Origin: Peptococcaceae bacterium UBA5752
Lineage (GTDB): Bacteria; Bacillota; Dehalobacteriia; UBA4068
Direction of reading: 5' to 3'
NCBI GenBank assembly: GCA_002419055.1
Contig: DIFI01000017.1
Location: 41,160-105,159, forward strand
DNA length: 64,000 nucleotides
In this document: piece by piece, positions 27,544 through 36,916 of the stretch
Layout of the letters: each line of letters starts with the position of its first letter
Position numbering within the stretch: position 1 is the stretch's first letter
Made by a program: the position numbers and the translations under genes
The notes under the pieces: generated by a model
Databases searched by the model: none
Told to the model about the DNA's origin: nothing
Seen by the model: only the letters and a program-made list of their open reading frames with translations

Positions 27544-28021
27544 CTTCGATCCCTCCTTGATATTGTTGGAGTATTTGTCTCAAGGAAGCAGGTGTCAAAT
27601 TGCCATGATATTCATCATTGATTACCGCAACAGGTGCTAGTCCGCAAGCGCCTATACAGGCAACCGTTTCCAATGAAAACAATCCGTCGGCGGTAGTTTC
27701 CCCGGGTTCGATACCGAGAATCGTTTCTATTTCCGAAAGCAGGTTTAAAGAGCCTTTAATATGACAGGCAGTTCCATCACACACCTTTATAATATACTTA
27801 CCCTTGGGGGTAAGGCTGAATGCTTTATAAAATGTAGCCATTCCACAAACCTTGACTAATGGAACATTAAGGTATTGAGCAACGGTCTTCATTGCTTCCG
27901 CAGGCAAATAATTATAATGTCTTTGTATATCTTGCAAGATTGCCAGCAAAAATCGGCGTTCCGGCAGATATTTTTGGGCAATCTTTAAAGTCTCCGATTT
28001 TATTTGCGATATTTCACTCAT
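27533..28021 (-). CDS. NuoE/HydA-gamma-like [2Fe-2S] thioredoxin-like subunit
   Basis: CDGTACHIKG...CIGACGLAPV motif; start set to ATG (MSEISQIK) with GGGGGG RBS. Confidence 0.85.
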   Translation of the reverse strand: MSEISQIKSETLKIAQKYLPERRFLLAILQDIQRHYNYLPAEAMKTVAQYLNVPLVKVCGMATFYKAFSLTPKGKYIIKVCDGTACHIKGSLNLLSEIETILGIEPGETTADGLFSLETVACIGACGLAPVAVINDEYHGNLTPASLRQILQQYQGGIEDAK

Positions 28022-28094
28022 AATTATCCCCCCAGCCATTGAGAAAGAGAGGGAAAGAAGACCAATACTCCTTTCCCCATTCTTTCATTTTTTT

Positions 28095-29909
28095 TTAAAG
28101 CTGTTTCAAATTCAAATCTTGCATTTTCTCTGCAGTCGGTACACCGGATGGGTTCCAACCGCGCAATTGATAATATTCGGGCAGCATTTCATGTAAACGG
28201 TTGACGCTTCCCTTATATGCGCCATTCTTTTGTGGCTCATTCAAGATTCTCGGCGGCAGCGTATCGTCTGCGCCTGTAAAACCACAGGCGTTATTAAAGA
28301 CACGCTCCAGGTTCCAGATCCGTTCGCCGCATTTCATTAATTCTTCCCCGGTATACTCAAACCCGGTTCCGGCTGATAATACTTTGGCAATGATATCAGC
28401 GTCAAGCGCAAATGTTGTAAATAGACAGAAGCCGGCAGCATCAACTGCGGAAGTCAAATCCTGGAATATCTTGCAAACTGCAGCTTTACCTTCGGTAACA
28501 GCCGGGTCCAGCTTCATCGGAATGCCGAGGATTTCCGGCGAAGTCATATATCCACGAACATGGCAGCCGCCACGATTGGATGTTGCATATTCAAGTCCGA
28601 TACCTTGTAATGTACGTGGCTCGTAGGCAGGCATTTCCTGCTTTTTAACGCTCATTGACAATTCGGCATGGCCGTAATGTTCGGCCAAACGATACGAACC
28701 TTCGGCCAATAAGTTACCGATACCCTCACGGTAAGCGGTTTTTTCGACCAGCTCTTTTAATATTGCTGCATTACCAAATGACAGATCACAACCGGCATCT
28801 TCTTTGGGCATATAACCGCTTTCATAAAGCTCCATCGCGCAAGCAATCGTAGTCGGCATGGAAATTGCATCAATACCCAATTCATTACAGCGGAAGTTTG
28901 CTTGACAGATGGCGTCAATATCGCTGATACCACAGTCGGCGCCAAAGCCCCAGCCTGCTTCATACTCTGGGCCTTCGCCAAATCCCGCATATGGCTTGAA
29001 TGTGCGTGTGACCCTGCCACAACCTATAACACAAGAAAAACATCCTTTATTACGAACAAGATTCTTGTGCTCAATCATATACTCACCGCTCGTCTTGTCC
29101 GCCCATTCAATAGTGCCCGAATCCCTGAAGTTACGAACCGGCAAACCATTGGATTGGTCAAGAATATTGATAAGTATCTGCGTACCGTAGGCCTTTAATC
29201 CGGCGCCGGTGACAGGATTATCTTTTAATGCTTTTGTTGCCTCAGTAATAGCTGTTGCAAATCTATCCCTATTTGCTACATAAACCGGTTTATTGCCTTT
29301 AACTGCAATGGCCTTTAAATTTTTAGAACCCATGACGGCACCGACACCGCTTCGTCCGGCGGCTCTGTTCATTTCGTTCAAAATACAAGCAAATTTGCAT
29401 AGGTTTTCACCGGCAGGCCCGATACAGGAAATTTTTGCTCTTTCGCTGGTTTCGGTACGCAACAGATCAGTTGTGTCGGGCACTTCTTTGCCCCAAATAT
29501 GAGAGGCATCTTTAATTTCAACTTTATCGTTATCGATCCACAGATAAACCGGTTTTTCGGATTTGCCTTCGATAACAAAGCCATCATACCCCGCAAACTT
29601 CATTTCGGCGCCAAATTCGCCGCCTGAGTTTGAACTGGCAATCGTATTAGTTAACGGACCGCGTGTTATTACCATGAAACGGCCGGATGACGGAGATCCG
29701 GTGCCAGTCAAAGGCCCTGTCAAATAATACATATTATTTGCCGGATCCAACGGAGCTACATTAGGACCGACTTCCTCACAATACATTTTTGTCCCCAGCC
29801 CACGCCCGCCAATATATTCACGTGCATATTCCTGGTTTAAGGACTCGGTCGAAATTGTACCGTTTGTTAAATTGACTCTTAATAACTTACCTTGATAACA
29901 ACTGGACAT
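28095..29909 (-). CDS. tungsten-type aldehyde:ferredoxin oxidoreductase (AOR family)
   Basis: 604 aa; N-terminus MSSCYQGKLLRVNLTNGTISTESLNQEYAREYIGGRGLGTKM and full-length AFOR N/C domain pattern; GAGGAGGTG RBS. Confidence 0.9.
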   Translation of the reverse strand: MSSCYQGKLLRVNLTNGTISTESLNQEYAREYIGGRGLGTKMYCEEVGPNVAPLDPANNMYYLTGPLTGTGSPSSGRFMVITRGPLTNTIASSNSGGEFGAEMKFAGYDGFVIEGKSEKPVYLWIDNDKVEIKDASHIWGKEVPDTTDLLRTETSERAKISCIGPAGENLCKFACILNEMNRAAGRSGVGAVMGSKNLKAIAVKGNKPVYVANRDRFATAITEATKALKDNPVTGAGLKAYGTQILINILDQSNGLPVRNFRDSGTIEWADKTSGEYMIEHKNLVRNKGCFSCVIGCGRVTRTFKPYAGFGEGPEYEAGWGFGADCGISDIDAICQANFRCNELGIDAISMPTTIACAMELYESGYMPKEDAGCDLSFGNAAILKELVEKTAYREGIGNLLAEGSYRLAEHYGHAELSMSVKKQEMPAYEPRTLQGIGLEYATSNRGGCHVRGYMTSPEILGIPMKLDPAVTEGKAAVCKIFQDLTSAVDAAGFCLFTTFALDADIIAKVLSAGTGFEYTGEELMKCGERIWNLERVFNNACGFTGADDTLPPRILNEPQKNGAYKGSVNRLHEMLPEYYQLRGWNPSGVPTAEKMQDLNLKQL

Positions 29910-29912
29910 AAC

Positions 29913-30392
29913 TTATGACACCTCCTCAAACACTTTTTTGAACTTCTCGGCATAAAGTGCTTTTTTGGCCATGACGACTTCACTGGCTTCTTTGTATTCA
30001 ATCGCGCCATTGGGACAAGCTTTTGCGCATGCCGGTTCACCTTTACATAAATCACATTTAAGTACGCGTTTTGTTTCAACATCATACGAAATATTACCGA
30101 AAGGACAAGCGCTGACACACAGCTTACAACCAATACATTTTTGCTTTTCCCATACCACTCCGTTTGTTGCGGTATCTCTGCCAAGCGCTCCGGTAGTGCA
30201 AACATTCATACACGGTGCATCTTCGCAATGCATACACATCAAAGGTACTCCTAAGCCTATCCGTTCCCAAATAAGAGTATGTACTCTTGACTTTGCCGGG
30301 TTAAAAGCATCTTCTTTGGCAAATGAACATGCTAATTCGCAGTTCCGGCAGCTGGCACATTTTTCCGGAGAAATAATCAATATCTTTTGCAT
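29913..30392 (-). CDS. polyferredoxin-like 4x[4Fe-4S] protein (AorA-like electron-transfer subunit)
   Basis: 159 aa with four CxxCxxCxxxCP-type motifs (CASCRNCELAC, CMHCEDAPCMNVC, CIGCKLCVSACP, CDLCKGEPACAKACP); weak RBS. Confidence 0.8.
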   Translation of the reverse strand: MQKILIISPEKCASCRNCELACSFAKEDAFNPAKSRVHTLIWERIGLGVPLMCMHCEDAPCMNVCTTGALGRDTATNGVVWEKQKCIGCKLCVSACPFGNISYDVETKRVLKCDLCKGEPACAKACPNGAIEYKEASEVVMAKKALYAEKFKKVFEEVS

Positions 30393-30574
30393 TTTCCGGC
30401 TGCAACCGTTATTTACGGTGCAGACTTCACCCCCCTTTTAATAATTTGTAACCTTACTTTATCTCGTGTAACATTTTTGATATTATCAAACACTATTTCC
30501 TTTTATCATTTTACAATTTGATTATATCATATTATCTTGATTTATCAACTATTTTTTACTTAATAATTCATAAA

Positions 30575-30610
30575 ACAAAAAAGAGGCACAAATTTGCCTC
30601 TTTTTTGTTT
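30575..30610. terminator. bidirectional terminator between IclR gene and AOR operon
   Basis: aagaggca-caaatt-tgcctctt hairpin flanked by A-run and T-run. Confidence 0.65.
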
Positions 30611-30659
30611 TATGCTATCTATAGCAGCTATTTCTTATTAAAGTAAACAAATTATTTTA

Positions 30660-31442
30660 CTAATATAAAACAACATTATCAACTATTTCCGATAATTGTT
30701 TACCGTACCTGAGAAGTAAATGTATTATTCTCTTCATCTGCATATCAGTTATTTGTGATGGTTCACCGGAAACCGAAACTGCCCCGACAATTTTATCACC
30801 AAAACCAAAAACAGGGACAGCCAGGGAAATTGTTTCATCATATTCGAGATCATTGACTGCATAACCGCGCAAGCGTATTTCAATCAATTCCTTATTTAAT
30901 ATTTCCGGATCCGTAATTGTTTTTTTCGTATAAGCGGTTAAACCGGTTTTTTTGAGTATCCTTTCCCGTTCATATTCAGGCAAATAAGCAAGAAAAACCT
31001 TTCCTGCCGCACTTGCATGCATCGGCACAGAAGCCCCGATCAGATTATGTCCATATATCAAGTGTGTTTTTTCACGCACCAGAACGCTGGTTGCTTTTTC
31101 TCCGCTGCGGATACAAAAATAAATTCGGATACCTATCTCATCATAAAACTCCGTAAGCAATGCGCCAATTTCCTGATAAGGAAGATCTTTACGCAAATAA
31201 CTCTCGCCGACACGAAAAGCCTCAGGACCAATGCGATATTTTTTATTTTCCGGATTCTGCAAAACATACTTTTCGCGCACAAGAGTAGCCATATAATGAT
31301 GTATTGTGCTTTTATTTATGTCTAACGATTCCGATAGGTCGTTAATCGAAAGTTCTTCATTTACAGTTGCCATATAACTTAAGATCTGGAGGCATTTTTG
31401 TGCCGAAGTAATTATTCTTGCCTCTTTTTCTTTGGTTGCCAT
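30660..31442 (-). CDS. IclR-family transcriptional regulator
   Basis: N-terminal wHTH (LQILSYMATVNEELSINDLSESLDINKSTIHHYMATL) plus C-terminal IclR effector domain, 260 aa. Confidence 0.85.
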   Translation of the reverse strand: MATKEKEARIITSAQKCLQILSYMATVNEELSINDLSESLDINKSTIHHYMATLVREKYVLQNPENKKYRIGPEAFRVGESYLRKDLPYQEIGALLTEFYDEIGIRIYFCIRSGEKATSVLVREKTHLIYGHNLIGASVPMHASAAGKVFLAYLPEYERERILKKTGLTAYTKKTITDPEILNKELIEIRLRGYAVNDLEYDETISLAVPVFGFGDKIVGAVSVSGEPSQITDMQMKRIIHLLLRYGKQLSEIVDNVVLY

Positions 31443-31486
31443 AAATTATCACATCCTTAGATATGCAGCTTCAATAGTATCTTTAA

Positions 31487-32680
31487 TTAGTTGCTGCCAA
31501 AAACAATTAGTGTCATTGTTTGGTTGATATGCATACCGTTATACTGTTCACCGTAAGTGTTAAATCCAAGCAGTGGAGCAATACTTATATCATCTATAAG
31601 CTCCTCAAGATTACCCTCACGCTCCGATTCACGATAGCGCAAAATACAATTAAATGCGATAATGGCGCTGATATCCTGCATTTCATGCTGTATTTTTTTG
31701 ATTACATCCTGCGTTTCCTGGAGTATTTGGCCGGGACGCATAATCGTCACACTTGTCCCCTCGGTTATGCGGCTGAAAAACATCAATGCTCTTTCTTCAT
31801 TTATAACTTTAAAGATGCTGCGCATATAATATTCGTCTTCAAAGGAAAGAGCTAATGGATGCTTCATAAACACATCCTCATTTAACGCATCTACCTCAAT
31901 GCCCAGAGCACGAGCATATTCATCGGCAGCGGGGTGTCCGTTGAATTCGTAAACAATCCGATTTTCCAAATCAGCTTTGGTAATTTTTAACCTTTTAGTA
32001 GTCGGCAAATAACTGTTGGTTTGCACGATCCGCATCGGTACATCAGTTTTAAAGATCAGCAGTACCATTGCATTTTCATATGTTTTGCCCAATGCATGAA
32101 TAATCGTTTTTTTAAAGTTAGAATCATCACCGGCAGAACCGCCGGCAACCCGTAGAGTACGGGCAATTTTGCTTAATCCAAGCATAATATATTCTTCAAC
32201 CGATTGCAAGCCATCGATCAATACCAGTCCGGTGTAAATGGAACTGTCAAGTTCATCAACAGAAATTCCTAATTGTGAACAAGCCTTTTCCACCGCCTTT
32301 TTGGGCGCGCCGATAGGGTTATCGCTGATTCGTTTACCAACGCCAATCCCTATCGCCAGCTCGTGCGAGGAAAAACTCATTGCTGAAAAGCTTTTACTCA
32401 TAAACCCATGCTGAGTAAATTCACCGGCCGAGGTGCATCCGACAAACTCTACATCGCGATAAAAATCATCCTGTGCTGCATAGCTATTGATAGCCTCAGA
32501 AATCTTCAGCTGATCGTAATGACTGGAAACAAAAAACAGCACGCATTTCAGGTCATCCTGCTTAATTTCTTGCAGCACTTCACCAACTGCCAAATTCTCA
32601 TTTGCGTTAGTGCTATAGCCTGTCTTTACGCTGATACCGCCCAATGAACTCCCCCCTAACATGGATTTTCTTACTAACAT
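31487..32680 (-). CDS. FIST-domain-like sensory protein (tentative)
   Basis: 397 aa; pattern ...VLFFVSSHYD...GCTSAGEF...VAGGSAGDDSN... reminiscent of FIST N/C domains; assignment by motif memory only. Confidence 0.4.
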   Translation of the reverse strand: MLVRKSMLGGSSLGGISVKTGYSTNANENLAVGEVLQEIKQDDLKCVLFFVSSHYDQLKISEAINSYAAQDDFYRDVEFVGCTSAGEFTQHGFMSKSFSAMSFSSHELAIGIGVGKRISDNPIGAPKKAVEKACSQLGISVDELDSSIYTGLVLIDGLQSVEEYIMLGLSKIARTLRVAGGSAGDDSNFKKTIIHALGKTYENAMVLLIFKTDVPMRIVQTNSYLPTTKRLKITKADLENRIVYEFNGHPAADEYARALGIEVDALNEDVFMKHPLALSFEDEYYMRSIFKVINEERALMFFSRITEGTSVTIMRPGQILQETQDVIKKIQHEMQDISAIIAFNCILRYRESEREGNLEELIDDISIAPLLGFNTYGEQYNGMHINQTMTLIVFGSN

Positions 32681-32747
32681 TATCTATTATTTTCTTTATA
32701 TGTTTAATTTATTATATCACATTAATATAAAAATCAATACTTATAAG

Positions 32748-32795
32748 GGTGTATCTTATAAAATCGCTTAAGACACACCCTTTTTCTTTATTTAT
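32748..32795. terminator. hairpin downstream of EFR1-like gene (possible terminator)
   Basis: aagggtgtatctta...taagacacaccctt stem (1 mismatch) followed by TTTTTC on + strand; weaker T-run on - strand. Confidence 0.35.
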
Positions 32796-32810
32796 AGTGG
32801 AGCTAACCCC

Positions 32811-33683
32811 TTAGTCGTTCAAGTATTTTCTGATACCTTTGAATAGATAGCCTTTGGCGACTTGTTCAACAGGCGGTAACTCGATCATATACTGCGTACG
32901 CTCCTGCAACGCCTGTAAATCAAAACCGTTTTTCAATATCAGTTTTTCAGCAAATCCAGATACTGAAATTGCCTTATGTGGACAGCCGTAAATACAGCGG
33001 AAGCAATTTACACAATCGCCTCCCCAAACAGGTTTGCCGTCTATTATAGTTATGTTATTTCTCGGACAGTTGTTTTTACACCAGGAGCATCCTGTACAAC
33101 CATCAGTAACTTTGAGATTTTTGGCAAATGATCCGCCTGATCTTTTTTCTAATGCTCCAAGTTTGGCAAATATCCGATCCAAGAAAAACGGCTTTGCCCG
33201 CATCCTTTTTGCGGAAAGCATATCGGATACGGCTTTTTCTGTTTTGCTAGGTAAGATTCTTAATATCATAGCGGCAAGATCATCTTTTAGAGAAACAAAT
33301 ACATTGGCAGGCATGATAAACATGCTTTCGTAATATACATCATAACCCTTATGCTCTAACTTTTTAATAACTGCAATGCGGCTGGCAGTATTGGGTGGTA
33401 TTTCACCACCGCCGGAGACCGATATTACAGCCGCCGGTAGGTCATCTACTGCTGCCGAACAGTCAATCCACTCGTCAACCGGTTTAGGGCTGGTCATAAT
33501 ATACACAGGATAAAGCATAATCAGCAAATCCGCAGCTATATCTTTATGATCCGCTGTGTTCAATTCGGTTTTAGACACTTCAATGCCCCGCTTTGCCAAA
33601 GCATTTACTATGCTTTCGGCAATAAGCGCTGTACCGCCGGTACCACTAAAATAGACTAGATGAACCGATTCAATATCTTTCAT
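32811..33683 (-). CDS. EFR1-family ferredoxin (flavodoxin-like domain + 2x[4Fe-4S])
   Basis: VHLVYFSGTGGTALIAE flavodoxin-like start; CTGCSWCKNNCP and CVNCFRCIYGCP clusters. Confidence 0.6.
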   Translation of the reverse strand: MKDIESVHLVYFSGTGGTALIAESIVNALAKRGIEVSKTELNTADHKDIAADLLIMLYPVYIMTSPKPVDEWIDCSAAVDDLPAAVISVSGGGEIPPNTASRIAVIKKLEHKGYDVYYESMFIMPANVFVSLKDDLAAMILRILPSKTEKAVSDMLSAKRMRAKPFFLDRIFAKLGALEKRSGGSFAKNLKVTDGCTGCSWCKNNCPRNNITIIDGKPVWGGDCVNCFRCIYGCPHKAISVSGFAEKLILKNGFDLQALQERTQYMIELPPVEQVAKGYLFKGIRKYLND

Positions 33684-33816
33684 AATATAGTCACCTAAAT
33701 ATAGTTCATATCCAGAGCCTAATCTGCCATTTAAAATTTTCTATAAAATCCGTTAATTCACTTGTCCGGCAGTTTTATTCACCCAATAGATAAGATCAAT
33801 TTATATTATAACTTTA

Positions 33817-34053
33817 TCACACAGACGGACCGATTACCATATCATGATCATTCAGAACGTCAAAAGCAGCAGCAAAATCACTCGCTGCCATCTGCGGACA
33901 ATCAGTGCCCACAATTACGGCTTTTACCGATTTTTTCAGTGCTTCAATACTGGCATTGTGCATCCGCTCTCCAAGGTCATTTTCTACCTGAGGATAGGAA
34001 CTTGCTACGGCAAAGAAAATGTCGATGCGCAAAGAGGACAAGGTACGTTTCAT
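33817..34053 (-). pseudogene. fragment of DUF2064/TIGR04282-type (arsenosugar-cluster) glycosyltransferase-like gene
   Basis: 78-aa internal fragment ...AVIVGTDCPQMAASDFAAAFDVLNDHDMVIGPSV (cf. ...VIGPAEDGGYYL... family motif), truncated at both ends. Confidence 0.4.
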
Positions 34054-34055
34054 AA

Positions 34056-34275
34056 ATCAATATTGTCATTGAAAAAATTAAATTCGCTTGGCTACGGAAT
34101 AGATTCCGCACTGCAATTAGATCTTATCTATAATTCTAACGGTGCTTTTTTGCCGGACCCCCAGGCTTCCTTGGAATCAACTTATAAAAGAGAACTCTAT
34201 AAAGATTGGCAGATAAGGTTCAACCGTTTGTATACCATAACCAACGTTCCCATCGGCCGTTATGTGGAATACTAA
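34056..34275 (+). pseudogene. C-terminal fragment of ArsS-like radical SAM/Cys-rich protein
   Basis: ...LKKLNSLGYGIDSALQLDLIYNSNGAFLPDPQASLESTYKRELYKDWQIRFNRLYTITNVPIGRYVEY matches the characteristic C-terminal tail of arsenosugar radical-SAM (TIGR04167-type) proteins; no N-terminal radical-SAM part present. Confidence 0.35.
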
Positions 34276-34617
34276 AAAAATGCGGTATAATGAAATATAT
34301 AATAAACTTCTGGAGGATTCCTTTAACGTCACAACAATTGACAATCTTTATCTATTTTCTTTTAAGATCAAATATTATTATACTTTAAATATATAGTTAA
34401 TAGTTATAACATCTTTTTATCGATGTATTAATGTATATCACAATAATTTATCCAAACCGTAAAACAAGAAACCCTGTCCTTAAATTGGACAGGGTTTTAA
34501 TTTGCCGGCTTGGCAGAGTATATCTCTACAAAACTGAAAAAGCAGCTTTTTGTGCTCGGGACATAAGCCGCCTCTATCATTAATATATTGATACAAAAAA
34601 AGGAGATTTCAGCGGCA

Positions 34618-35613
34618 ATGAACCAAAACAATTCAAACTATCTGGAAAATCTACGGATCCGACAAGGTGCGGATAGTCTAAGACGTAAGTTTATTGATTT
34701 GGCAGCGCGTCACCGGCAAAAAGCTATCAGATATTTAAATCATGATAAACTGCGGTTTCCCACATTATATTTACTGATGCCTGATATCCAAACTTTCAAT
34801 CTCTATGATGAGCTGATCCCACGCAACAATACAGCCATCCAAATCTGGGCCAAAAAATCCCGCGATTTTGCTCTTGCCTTTCGTCTGGAACGGCTACTGC
34901 CACAAGACAACGAAACTAACCGCGCGGCTTTAAAATGGATGTTCGATACCGGTTTATATTGGGATGGACCTTCAAACTTTAGTGAAAACTTTAATGCCGC
35001 TATAGACACCGCCGCGGCGATGCTGATCGCTACCCATAAAGATATGACCGTATTGCCCGCAGTTTGCGAGTTGATATTCTGGCGACACCGTCAGGGACTT
35101 TTGATCCATGATCTTGTCTGGGGCTTTTTCCAGTCATATGAACCGGATTCAATGATGATGATTGCCAAATATCTCAACACCGGTGATGCCAAAGATGTCG
35201 AACTTGCCTGCAGACTTCTGCACATAGACATTCCGGACAGCGTTGACGCCTTCACTGCCCACAATCACAAAAATCTTTTTGAGCAATATAAGTCCTGGTT
35301 CTACGAAAATAATCCCTATCTACGTTTTACGGGAGAGCATTTTCTGCAAACTTCCGAACCCAATCCTCTTTATCTGGATAATGAGGCTAAGTATCTGGGA
35401 AAACGCATATCTCCCAAAGACGGGCTACCCTTAGAAAACGTAACCCCTGATGAAACTGCCTGCCTGATCCAATTTCGCAAAGCCTCAGAAAATGATCAGG
35501 AGATCCTCTCATCTTATTCAGCCAGATTGCATAACCGCGATTTCCGCTTATGGAAGGAATGGATCATGAGCAATATATCCGAACAAGTCAGCACTGCTAT
35601 AGCGGAATTGTAG
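34618..35613 (+). CDS. hypothetical protein (332 aa), translationally coupled to tgl
   Basis: ATG with AAGGAG RBS; no recognisable motifs; 3' end overlaps tgl start region. Confidence 0.5.
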   Translation: MNQNNSNYLENLRIRQGADSLRRKFIDLAARHRQKAIRYLNHDKLRFPTLYLLMPDIQTFNLYDELIPRNNTAIQIWAKKSRDFALAFRLERLLPQDNETNRAALKWMFDTGLYWDGPSNFSENFNAAIDTAAAMLIATHKDMTVLPAVCELIFWRHRQGLLIHDLVWGFFQSYEPDSMMMIAKYLNTGDAKDVELACRLLHIDIPDSVDAFTAHNHKNLFEQYKSWFYENNPYLRFTGEHFLQTSEPNPLYLDNEAKYLGKRISPKDGLPLENVTPDETACLIQFRKASENDQEILSSYSARLHNRDFRLWKEWIMSNISEQVSTAIAEL

Positions 35614-35620
35614 GTGATAT

Positions 35621-36407
35621 AATGATTACGATCGGTAATAAACCGGCAGATACTGCCGCCATTTCCAGCGAATACCCCGCAAACAGTCTAGAAAGAGTTA
35701 TCATTAATACTCTTGCTGCCAGCAGCAAAACGTACAACTATGCAACAAAAGAGCGGCTGCAATTCGAGCTTAAGCTGCGTCGGGAAATCGTCAACGCCGC
35801 CGAAGAACTCTATAGAAGCCATCTGAAGTTTAGGACCTTCTACAACTCAATCCGCAATGAGGATTATTGGATCAGAAAACCTGATGGTGGATTTGCCCTG
35901 CGGCCGGACGTAAAGCCGTCCGATGCTATCAGGGATATCTATAGCAACAGTCATAAATACGGAACCGAGTGCGCCACCGCCATGCTAATGGTTTATTACA
36001 AAGCTCTATTGGAGGTCTTTCCAGAAGAGGCTTTTAATAAAATATTCCGGGATATCTATCTGATGAACTGGCACCGTATTGAACCTGAGCTGCGGGAAGT
36101 AAGTTTGATGCAGAGTACATATGATCACCTGCCCGGGGACCGCCGCTATTTTAGAAATCCCGACGTCAATCCTGAAACACCCGAATGGCAGGGAGAAAAC
36201 GTGATTGATCTTGGTGGCGGCTTCTATTACGGCCATGGTATCGGCAGATACATGGCTCCCATGTTCATTGATTCCCTCAACCAAAACCGCATTGCCTATG
36301 CGGATGAATCCGCTTATCTGCTCGACAGCGTGGGCAGGCCGAATTTCGACCGCTTATTTTCCCTTTATCAAAAATATTCAGCCACAGCTTCATCCGTTTC
36401 AGCGTAA
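35621..36407 (+). CDS. tgl: protein-glutamine gamma-glutamyltransferase (spore coat transglutaminase Tgl)
   Basis: ECATAMLMVYYKALLEV (cf. B. subtilis Tgl ECATAIVIIYYLALIDT, catalytic Cys), WQGENVIDLGGGFYYGHGIG (cf. WRGENVILLGEDKYFAHGLG), FELKLRREIVNAA; start at ATG 35621 with AGGTGA RBS. Confidence 0.85.
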
Positions 36408-36435
36408 CAATTTATATGAATAACCTAAAAGTTTA

Positions 36436-36870
36436 CTATCTTCTTGGCTTTACTCTTATGGACATTAAAGTCTTTATGTCATTAGCCACTGACTTGTCTT
36501 TCACTTCTATCATTAACCAACGTCCACCGGCAGAAAAAGACGTTTTTCGGTATAGCGCCTGAACGTATGGTGATAATGTCTCCAAACCCATTTCAACATC
36601 TTCTTGCTCTTTTACTCCTATAACAACTAAAGCGATAAAAAAGCCTTGCATGGGATACAGGGTGCAGAGTGACTTGCCGCTCTTTTTATACTTGACATTC
36701 CAGCCCGGCTGAGCAGAACATTTACTGTATGCCATTTGAGGTTGTACCCGATATGCCTCTTCAATATAGTCAATCAGTTCTTCCCAAATTGGTTCTGCTT
36801 CTTCAATATATTGCTTTATTTCCTCATTAGACGGAATTTGATTGATGCTAAATAGCTGATCCCATTTCAT
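36436..36870 (-). CDS. hypothetical protein (DUF3788-like, tentative)
   Basis: 144-aa ORF; no catalytic motifs recognised. Confidence 0.35.
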   Translation of the reverse strand: MKWDQLFSINQIPSNEEIKQYIEEAEPIWEELIDYIEEAYRVQPQMAYSKCSAQPGWNVKYKKSGKSLCTLYPMQGFFIALVVIGVKEQEDVEMGLETLSPYVQALYRKTSFSAGGRWLMIEVKDKSVANDIKTLMSIRVKPRR

Positions 36871-36916
36871 AAGCAGTCTCCTTATGTTCTTTTAGAATCC
36901 ACCCTATCAGGCATAT

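Noticed and set aside
29965-30441. 158-aa plus-strand ORF over the ferredoxin gene
   Set aside because: Antisense to a gene with four canonical 4Fe-4S Cys motifs; no RBS.
34588-34617. TTG start at 34588 for the 341-aa ORF
   Set aside because: The ATG at 34618 is preceded by an AAGGAG RBS whereas 34588 has none; the shorter form is preferred.
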